Of a DNA stretch of 64,000 bases, positions 54,001 through 64,000 are shown piece after piece (positions within the stretch are counted from its first letter, which is position 1; each line of letters opens with the position of its first letter). The stretch is from NCBI GenBank assembly GCA_964016885.1, contig OZ024744.1, forward strand, positions 13,268,001 to 13,332,000, given 5' to 3'. Origin of the DNA: Eledone cirrhosa. Its lineage: Eukaryota. Made by a program: the position numbers and the translations under genes. Under the pieces are notes generated by a model. It ran no database searches, was not told where the DNA came from, and was given only the letters and a program-made list of their open reading frames with translations.

Positions 54001-57000
54001 AAAGCTACTCTCGAAATTGAGAGATCACATCTCCCATACTATGGACATGTGGTTAGAATGTCTCAGTAGATAAGAGGGTCATTCTTGTTAAATCTACTCT
54101 CTAAATTGAGAGATCACAACTCCCATACTATGGACATGTGGTTACAATCTCTCAGGAGATCAGAGAGTCACTCCAGTTAAAGCCACTCTCTAAATTGAGA
54201 GATCACAACTCCAATACTATGGACATGGGGTTTGAATATCTCACTAGATCAGAGAGTCACTCCAGTTAAAGCTACTCTCTAAATTGAGAGATCACAACTC
54301 CAATACTATGGACATGTGGTTAGAACGTCTCAGTAGATCAGAGAATCACTCCAGTTAAAGCTACTCTCTAAATTGAGAGATCACATCTCCCATACTATGG
54401 ACATGTGGTTAGAATGTCTCAGTAGAACAGAGAGTCTCTCTTGTTAAAGCTACTCTCTAAATTGAGAGATCACAACTCCATACTATGGACATGGGGTTTG
54501 AAAGTCTCAGTAGATTAGAGTGTCACTCCAGTTAAAGCCACTCTCTAAATTCAGAGATCACAACTCCAACACTATGGACATGGGGTTTGAATGTCTCAGT
54601 AGATCAGAGTGTCACTCCAGTTAAAGTTACTCTCTAAATTGAGAGATCACAACTCCAATAATATGGACATGGGGTTTGAATGTCTCAGTAGATCAGAGAG
54701 TCACTCCAGTTGAAGCTACTCTCTAAATTGAGAGATCACAACTCCAATACTATGGACATGTGGTTAGAATGTCTCAGTAGATCAGGGAGTCATTCTTGTT
54801 AAATCTACTCTCTAAATTGAGAGATCACAACTCCCATACTATGGACATGTGGTTACAATCTCTCAGTAGATCAGAGAGTCATTCCAGTTAAAGCCACTCT
54901 CTAAATTGAGAGATCACAACTCCCATACTATGGACGTGTGGTTAGAATGTCTCAGTAGATCAGAGAATCACTCCAGTTAAAGCTACTCTCTAAATTGAGA
55001 GACCACAACTCCCATACTATGGAAATGTGGTTAGAACGTCTCAGTAGATCAGAGAGTCACTCCAGTTAAAGCCACTCTCTAAATTCAGAGATCACAACTC
55101 CAATACTATGGACATTTGGTTAGAATGTCTCAGTAGATCAGAAAGTCACTCCAGTTAAAGCTACACTCTAAATTGAGAGATCACAACTCCTATACTATGG
55201 AAATGTGGTTAGAATGTCTCAATAGATCAGAGAGTCACTCCAGTTAAAGCCACTCTCTAAATTGAGAGATCACAACTCCAATACTATGGACATGTGGTTA
55301 GAATGTCTCAGTAGATCAGAAAGTCACTCCAGTTAAAGCTACACTCTAAAATGAGAGATCACAACTCCAATACTATGGACATGGGGTTAGAATGTCTCAG
55401 TAGATCAGAGTGTCACTCCAGTTAAAGCCACTCTCTAAATTGAGGGATCACAACTCCCATACTATGGACATGTTGTTAGAATGTCTCAGTAGATCAGAGA
55501 GTCACTCCAGTTAAAGCCACTCTCTAAATTGAGAGATCACAACTCCAATACTATGGACATGGGGTTTGAAAGTCTCAGTAGATTAGAGTGTCACTCCAGT
55601 TAAAGCTACTCTCTAAATTGAGAGATCACAACTCCAATACTATGGACATGGGGTTTGAATGTCTCAGTAGATCATAGAGTCGCTTATGTTAAAGCCACTC
55701 TCTAAATTGAGAGATCACAACTCCCATACTATGGACATGTGGTTAGAATGTCTCAGTAGATCAGCGTGTCACTCCAGTTAAAGCTACTCTCTAAATTGAG
55801 AGATCACATCTCCCATACTATGGATATGTGGTTAGAATGCCTCAGTAGATCAGAGAGTCACTCTTGTTAAAGCTACTCTCTAAATTGAGAGATCGCAACT
55901 CCCATACTATGGACATGGGGTTTGAATGTCTCACTAGATCAGAGAGTCACTCCAGTTAAAGCTGCTCTCTAAATTGAGAGATCGCAACTCCCATACTATG
56001 GACATGGGGTTTGAATGTCTCACTAGATCAGAGAGTCACTCCAGTTAAAGCTACTCTCTAAATTGAGAGATCACAACTCCAATACTATGGACATGTGGTT
56101 AGAATGTCTCAGTAGATCAGAGAATCACTCCAGTTAAAGCTACTCTCTAAATTGAGAGATCACATCTCCCATACTATGGACATGTGGTTAGAATGTCTCA
56201 GTAGATCAGAGAGTCTCTCTTGTTAAAGCTACTCTCTAAATTGAGAGATCACAACTCCATACTATTGACATGGAGTTTGAAAGTCTCAGTAGATTAGAGT
56301 GTCACTCCAGTTAAAGCCACTCTCTAAATTCAGAGATCACAACTCCAACACTATGGACATGGGGTTTGAATGTCTCAGTAGATCAGAGTGTCACTCCAGT
56401 TAAAGTTACTCTCTAAATTGAGAGATCACAACTCCAATAATATGGACATGGGGTTTGAATGTCTCAGTAGATCAGAGAGTCACTCCAGTTAAAGCTACTC
56501 TCTAAATTGAGAGATCACAACTCCAATACTATGGACATGTGGTTAGAATGTCTCAGTAGATCAGGGAGTCATTCTTGTTAAATCTACTCTCTAAATTGAG
56601 AGATCACAACTCCCATACTATGGACATGTGGTTACAATCTCTCAGTAGATCAGAGAGTCATTCCAGTTAAAGCCACTCTCTAAATTGAGAGATCACAACT
56701 CCCATACTATGGACGTGTGGTTAGAATGTCTCAGTAGATCAGAGAATCACTCCAGTTAAAGCTACTCTCTAAATTGAGAGATCACAACTCCCATACTATG
56801 GAAATGTGGTTAGAACGTCTCAGTAGATCAGAGAGTCACTCCAGTTAAAGCCACTCTCTAAATTGAGAGATCACAACTCCAATACTATGGACATGTGGTT
56901 AGAATGTCTCAGTAGATCAGAAAGTCACTCCAGTTAAAGCTACACTCTAAATTGAGAGATCACAACTCCTATACTATGGACATGGGGTTAGAATGTCTCA

Positions 57001-57413
57001 GTAGATCACAGTGTCACTCCAGTTAAAGCCACTCTCTAAATTGAGAGATCACAACTCCCATACTATGGACGTGTGGTTAGAATGTCTCAGTAGATCAGAG
57101 AATCACTCCAGTTAAAGCTACTCTCTAAATTGAGAGATCACAACTCCAATACTATGGACATGGAGTTTGAATGTCTCAGTAGATCAGAGAATCACTCCAG
57201 TTAAAGCTGCTCTCTAAATTGAGAGATAACATCTCCCATACTATGGACATGTGGTTAGAATGTCTCAGTAGAACAGAGAGTCTCTCTTATTAAAGCTACT
57301 CTCTAAATTGAGAGATCACAACTCCATACTATGGACATGTGGTTAGAATCTCTCAGTAGATCAGAGAGTCATTCCAGTTAAAGCCACTCTCTAAATTGAG
57401 AGATCACAACTCC
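47770..57413. repeat. Recent tandem duplication of a 54-monomer block (period 4802 bp)
   Basis: agtatatcag 47929/52731, gataagagggtc 49267/54069, gatcatagagtcgcttatg 50868/55670, gagataacatc 52421/57223. I noticed about three single-base differences (near 51403/56205, 51755/56557, 50314/55116). Confidence 0.93.
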
Positions 57414-59930
57414 CATACTATGAACGTGTGGTTAGAATGTCTCAGTAGATCAGAGAATCACTCCAGTTAAAGCTACTCTCTACATTGAGAGATCACAACT
57501 CCCATACTATAGAAATGTGTTTAGAATGTCTCAGTAGATCAGTGAGTCACTCCAGTTAAAGCCACTCTCTAAATTGAGAGATCACAACTCCAATACTATG
57601 GACATGTGGTTAGAATGTCTCAGTAGATCAGAAAGTCACTCCAGTTAAAGCTACACTCTAAATTGAGAGATCACAACTCCAATATTATGGACATGGGGTT
57701 AGAATGTCTCAGTAGATCAGAGTGTCACTCCAGTTAAAGCCACTCTCTAAATTGAGGGATCACAGCTCCCATACTATGGACATGTTGTTAGAATGTCTCA
57801 GTAGATCAGAGAGTCACTCCAGTTAAAGCCACTCTCTAAATTGAGAGATCACAACTCCAATACTATGGACATGGGGTTTGAAAGTCTCAGTAGATTAGAG
57901 TGTCACTCCAGTTAAAGCTACTCTCTAAATTGAGAGATCACAACTCCAATACTATGGACATGTGGTTAGAATGTCTCAGTAGATCAGAGAATCACTCCAG
58001 TTAAAGCTACTCTCGAAATTGAGAGATCACATCTCCCATACTATGGACATGTGGTTAGAATGTCTCAGTAGATCAGGGAGTCATTCTTGTTAAATCTACT
58101 CTATAAATTGAGAGATCAGAACTCCTATACGATGGACATGTGGTTACAATCTCTCAGTAGATCAGAGAGTCACTCCAGTTAAAGCCACTCTCTAAATTGA
58201 GAGATCACAACTCCAATACTATGGACATGGGGTTTGAATGTCTCACTAGATCAGAGAGTCACTCCAGTTAAAGCTACTCTCTAAATTGAGAGATTACAAC
58301 TCCAATACTATGGACATGTGGTTAGAATGTCTCAGTAGATCAGAGAATCACTGCAGTTAAAGCTACTCTCTAAATTGAGAGATCACATCTCCCATACTAT
58401 GGACATGTGGTTAGAATGTCTCAGTAGAACAGAGAGTCTCTCCTGTTAAAGCTACTCTCTAAATTGAGAGATCACAACTCCATACTATGGACATGTGGTT
58501 AGAATGTCTCAGTAGATCAGAGAATCACTCCAGTTAAAGCTACTCTCTAAATTGAGAGATCACATCTCCCATACTATGGACATGTGGTTAGAATGTCTCA
58601 GTAGAACAGAGAGTTTCTCTTGTTAAAGCTACTCTCTAAATTGAGAGATCACAACTCCATACTATGGACATGGGGTTTGAAAGTCTCAGTAGATTAGAGT
58701 CTCACTCCAGTTAAAGCCACTCTCTAAATTCAGAGATCACAACTCCAACACTATGGACATGGGGTTTGAATGTCTCAGTAGATCAGAGGGTCACTCCAGT
58801 CAAAGCTACTCTCTAAATTGAGAGATCACAACTCCCATACTATGGAAATGTGGTTAGAACGTCTCAGTAGATCAGAGAGTCACTCCAGTTAAAGCCACTC
58901 TCTAAATTGAGAGATCACAACTCCAATACTATGGACATGTGGTTAGAATGTCTCAGTAGATCAGAAAGTCACTCCAGTTAAAGCTACACTCTAAATTGAG
59001 AGATCACAACTCCTATACTATGGACATGGTGTTAGAATGTCTCAGTAGATCACAGTGTCACTCCAGTTAAAGCCACTCTCTAAATTGAGAGATCACAACT
59101 CCCATACTATGGACGTGTGGTTAGAATGTCTCAGTACACCAGAGAATCACTCCAGTTAAAGCTACTCTCTAAATTGAGAGATCACAACTCCAATACTATG
59201 GACATGGTGTTTGAATGTCTCAGTAGATCAGAGAATCACTCCAGTTAAAGCTGCTCTCTAAATTGAGAGATCACATCTCCCATACTATGGACATGTGGTT
59301 AGAATGTCTCAGTAGAACAGAGAGTTTCTCTTATTAAAGCTACTCTCTAAATTGAGAGATCACAACTCCATACTATGGACATGTGGTTAGAATCTCTCAG
59401 TAGATCAGAGAGTCATTCCAGTTAAAGCCACTCTCTAAATTGAGAGATCACAACTCCCATACTATGAACGTGTGGTTAGAATGTCTCAGTAGATCAGAGA
59501 ATCACTCCAGTTAAAGCTACTCTCTAAATTGAGAGATCACAACTCCCATACTATAGAAATGTGGTTAGAATGTCTCAGTAGATCAGTGAGTCACTCCAGT
59601 TAAAGCCACTCTCTAAATTGAGAGATCACAACTCCAATACTATGGACATGTGGTTAGAATGTCTCAGTAGATCAGAAAGTCCCTCCAGTTAAAGCTACAC
59701 TCTAAATTGAGAGATCACAACTCCAATATTATGGACATGGGGTTAGAATGTCTCAGTAGATCAGAGTGTCACTCCAGTTAAAGCCACTCTCTAAATTGAG
59801 GGATCACAGCTCCCATACTATGGACATGTTGTTAGAATGTCTCAGTAGATCAGAGAGTCACTCCAGTTAAAGCCACTCTCTAAATTGAGAGATCACAACT
59901 CCAATACTATGGACATGGGGTTTGAAAGTC
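56760..59930. repeat. Block duplication at offset 23 monomers (2044 bp); part of the block recurs at the window end (~63500-64000)
   Basis: gatcagtgag at 57537, 59581 and 63670; cacagctccc at 57761, 59805 and 63894. Confidence 0.8.
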
Positions 59931-62900
59931 TCAGTAGATTAGAGTGTCACTCCAGTTAAAGCCACTCTCTAAATTGAGAGATCACAACTCCAATACTATG
60001 GACATGGGGTTTGAATGTCTCACTAGATCAGAGAGTCACTCCAGTTAAAGCTACTCTCTAAATTGAGAGATTACAACTCCAATACTATGGACATGTGGTT
60101 AGAATGTCTCAGTAGATCAGAGAATCACTCCAGTTAAAGCTACTCTCTAAATTGAGGGATCACATCTCCCATACTATGGACATGTGGTTAGAATGGCTCA
60201 GTAGAACAGAGAGTCTCTCTTGTTAAAGCTACTCTCTAAATTGAGAGATCACAACTCCATACTATGGACATGGGGTTTGAAAGTCTCAGTAGATTAGAGT
60301 GTCACTCCATTTAAAGCCACTCTCTAAATTCAGAGATCACAGCTCCAACACTATGGACATGGGGTTTGAATGTCTCAGTAGATCAGAGTGTCACTCCAGT
60401 TAAAGTTACTCTCTGAATTGAGAGATCACAACTCCAATAATATGGACATGGGGTTTGAATGTCTGAGTAGATCAGAGAGTCACTCCAGTTAAAGCTACTC
60501 TCTAAATTGAGAGATCACAACTCCAATAATATGGACATGTGGTTAGAATGTCTCAGTAGATCAGGGAGTTATTCTTGTTAAATCTACTCTCTAAATTGAG
60601 AGATCACAACTCCCATACTATGGACATGTGGTTACAATCTCTCAGTAGATCAGAGAGTCATTCCAGTTAAAGCCACTCCCTAAATTGAGAGATCACAACT
60701 CCCATACTATGGAAATGTGGTTAGAACGTCTCAGTAGATCAGAGAGTCACTCCAGTTAAAGCCACTCTCTAAATTGAGAGATCACAACTCCCATGCTATG
60801 GACATGTTGTTTAAATGTCTCAGTAGATCAGAGAGTCACTCCAGTTAAAGCTGCTCTCTAAATTGAGAGATCACAACTCCCATACTATGGACATGGGGTT
60901 TGAATGTCTCACTAGATCAGAGAGTCACTCCAGTTAAAGCTACTCTCTAAATTGAGAGATCACAACTCCAATACTATGGACATGTGGTTAGAATGTCTCA
61001 GTAGATCAGAGAATCACTCCAGTTAAAGCTGCTCTCTAAATTGAGAGATCACATCTCCCATACTATGGACATGTGGTTAGAATGTCTCAGTAGAACAGAG
61101 AGTCTCTCTTGTTAAAGCTACTCTCTAAATTGAGAGATCACAACTCCATACTATGGACATGTGGTTAGAATCTCTCAGTAGATCAGAGAATCACTCCAGT
61201 TAAAGCTACTCTCTAAATTGAGAGATCACAACTCCCATATTATGGAAATGTGGTTAGAATGTCTCAGTAGATCAGAGAGTCACTCCAGTTAAAGCCACTC
61301 TCTAAATTCAGAGATCACAACTCCAATACTATGGACATGTGGTTAGAATGTCTCAGTAGATCAGAAAGTCACTCCAGTTAAAGCTACACTCTAAATTGAG
61401 AGATCACAACTCCAATACTATGGACATGGGGTTAGAATGTCTCAGTAGATCAGAGTGTCACTCCAGTTAAAGCCACTCTCTAAATTGAGGGATCACAACT
61501 CCCATACTATGGACATGTTGTTAGAATGTCTCAGTAGATCAGAGAGTCAATCCAGTTAAAGCCACTCTCTAAATTGAGAGATCACAACTCCAATACTATG
61601 GACATGGGGTTTGAAAGTCTCAGTAGATTAGAGTGTCACTCCAGTTAAAGCTACTCTCTAAATTGAGAGATCACAACTCCATACTATGGACATGTGGTTA
61701 GAATCTCTCAGTAGATCAGAGAGTCATTCCAGTTAAAGCCACTCTCTAAATTGAGAGATCACAACTCCCATACTATGAACGTGTGGTTAGAATGTCTCAG
61801 TAGATCAGAGAATCACTCCAGTTAAAGCTACTCTCTAAATTGAGAGATCACAACTCCAATACTATGGACATGGAGTTAGAATGTCTCAGTAGATAAGAGT
61901 GTCACTCCAGTTAAAGCTACACTCTAAATTGAGAGATCACAACTCCAATACTATGGACATGGAGTTAGAATGTCTCAGTAGATCAGAGAGTCACTCCAGT
62001 TAAAGCCACTCTCTAAATTGAGAGATCACAACTCCAATACTATGGACATGGGGTTTGAAAGTCTCAGTAGATTAGAGTGTCACTCCAGTTAAAGCTACTC
62101 TCTATATTGAGAGATCACAACTCCAATACTATGGACATGTGGTTAGAATGTCTCAGTAGATCAGAGAATCACTCCAGTTAAAGCTACTCTCGAAATTGAG
62201 AGATCACATCTCCCATACTATGGACATGTGGTTAGAATGTCTCAGTAGATCAGGGAGTCATTCCAGTTAAAGCCACTCTCTAAGTTGAGAGATCACAACT
62301 CCCATACTATGAACGTGTGGTTAGAATGTCTCAGTAGATCAGAGAATCACTCCAGTTAAAGCTACTCTCTAAATTGAGAGATCACAACTCCAATACTATG
62401 GACATGTGGTTAGAATGTCTCAGTAGATCAGAGAATCACTCCAGTTAAAGCTACTCTCTAAATTGAGAGATCACATCTCCCATACTATGGACATGTGGTT
62501 AGAATGTCTCAGTAGAACAGAGAGTCTCTCTTGTTAAAGCTACTCTCTAAATTGAGAGATCACAACTCCATACTATGGACATGTGGTTAGAATGTCTCAG
62601 TAGAACAGAGAGTCTCTCTTGTTAAAGCTACTCTCTAAATTGAGAGATCACAACTCCATACTATGGACATGGGGTTTGAAAGTCTCAGCAGATTAGAGTG
62701 TCACTCCAGTTAAAGCCACTCTCTAAATTCAGAGATCACAGCTCCAACACTATGGACATGGGGTTTGAATGTCTCAGTAGATCAGAGAGTCACTCCAGTT
62801 AAAGCTACTCTCTATATTGAGAGATCACAACTCCAATAATATGGACATGTGGTTAGAATGTCTCAGTAGATCAGGGAATTATTCTTGTAAAATCTACTCT

Positions 62901-64000
62901 CTAAATTGAGAGATCACAACTCCCATACTATGGACATGTGGTTACAATCTCTCAGTAGATCAGAGAGTCATTCCAGTTAAAGCCACTCTCTAAATTGAGA
63001 GATCACAACTCCCATACTATGGACGTGTGGTTAGAATGTCTCAGTAGATCAGAGAATCACTCCAGTTAAAGCTACTCTCTAAATTGAGAGATCACAACTC
63101 CCATACTATGGAAATGTGGTTAGAACGTCTCAGTAGATCAGAGAGTCACTCCAGTTAAAGCCACTCTCTAAATTGAGAGATCACAACTCCCATGCTATGG
63201 ACATGTTGTTTAAATGTCTCAGTAGATCAGAGAGTCACTCCAGTTAAAGCTGCTCTCTAAATTGAGAGATCACAACTCCCATACTATGGACATGGGGTTT
63301 GAATGTCTCAGTAGATCAGAGAGTCACTCCAGTTAAAGCTACTCTCTAAATTGAGAGATCACAACTCCAATAATATGGACATGTGGTTAGAATGTCTCAG
63401 TAGATCAGGGAGTTATTCTTGTTAAATCTACTCTCTAAATTGAGAGATCACAACTCCCATACTATGGACATGTGGTTACAATCTCTCAGTAGATCAGAGA
63501 GTCATTCCAGTTAAAGCCACTCTCTAAATTGAGAGATCACAACTCCCATACTATGGACGTGTGGTTAGAATGTCTCAGTAGATCAGAGAATCACTCCAGT
63601 TAAAGCTACTCTCTACATTGAGAGATCACAACTCCCATACTATAGAAATGTGTTTAGAATGTCTCAGTAGATCAGTGAGTCACTCCAGTTAAAGCCACTC
63701 TCTAAATTGAGAGATCACAACTCCAATACTATGGACATGTGGTTAGAATGTCTCAGTAGATCAGAAAGTCACTCCAGTTAAAGCTACACTCTAAATTGAG
63801 AGATCACAACTCCAATATTATGGACATGGGGTTAGAATGTCTCAGTAGATCAGAGTGTCACTCCAGTTAAAGCCACTCTCTAAATTGAGGGATCACAGCT
63901 CCCATACTATGGACATGTTGTTAGAATGTCTCAGTAGATCAGAGAGTCACTCCAGTTAAAGCCACTCTCTAAATTGAGAGATCACAACTCCAATACTATG

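Larger units (their letters stand above)
1..64000. repeat. 89-bp tandem satellite DNA array (~719.6 monomers, single orientation, extends beyond both window ends)
   Basis: Monomer starts (tcactccagt or variant) at 1, 90, 179 and so on. The same phase recurs at 5161, 10501 (exactly 60x89 later), 15661, 18061, 22861, 25261, 37981, 40561, 48121, 53101, 62701 and 63947 (=719x89-45+1). Monomers differ by only a few substitutions. The consensus has 36/89 G+C, two GATC, one CATG and one GANTC site per unit. Confidence 0.99.

Noticed and set aside
1-64000. CRISPR or CRISPR-like array (regular period, ~36-bp palindromic subunits)
   Set aside because: There are no unique spacers: all 89 positions are repeated with only point variants. 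No leader or cas genes are present.
1-64000. Protein-coding tandem repeat
   Set aside because: 89 is not a multiple of 3. Plus-strand stops at monomer positions 11, 24, 29, 65 and 78 limit consensus open frames to about 36 codons, and the minus strand has stops in all three frames of every monomer.
1-64000. CENP-B box or other named protein-binding site; GATC as Dam/iteron signal
   Set aside because: The CENP-B box needs TTCG...CGGG, which is absent from this CpG-free consensus. GATC is simply part of the monomer and nothing indicates a prokaryotic replicon.
1-64000. Embedded transposon, inversion or unique island
   Set aside because: Phase arithmetic accounts for every base as 89- or 88-bp monomers in one orientation.

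Overview
The whole 64,000-bp window is one uninterrupted, single-orientation, head-to-tail tandem array of an 89-bp, ~40% GC satellite monomer. Consensus: tcactccagttaaagcYactctctaaattgagagatcacaactccMatactatggacatgKggttagaatgtctcagtagatcagagag. Phase counting gives 719 complete monomers plus a 54-bp partial one, with a net loss of only 45 bp, all from 1-bp deletions. I see no genes, RNA genes, mobile elements, CRISPR spacers or inversions. It looks like the interior of a eukaryotic (centromeric or heterochromatic-type) satellite array; I cannot name the family or organism. The informative structure is in the variation. (i) The monomer is built from several short dyad symmetries and two related ~36-bp subunits. 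(ii) Many monomer variants perfect those dyads, including apparently compensatory changes. (iii) Variant monomers form recurring ordered phrases that are reshuffled by recent block duplications of 4 to 66 monomers rather than forming one fixed higher-order repeat. (iv) The array has regional variant domains with a sharp change near 39.9 kb. All counts and coordinates were read by eye.
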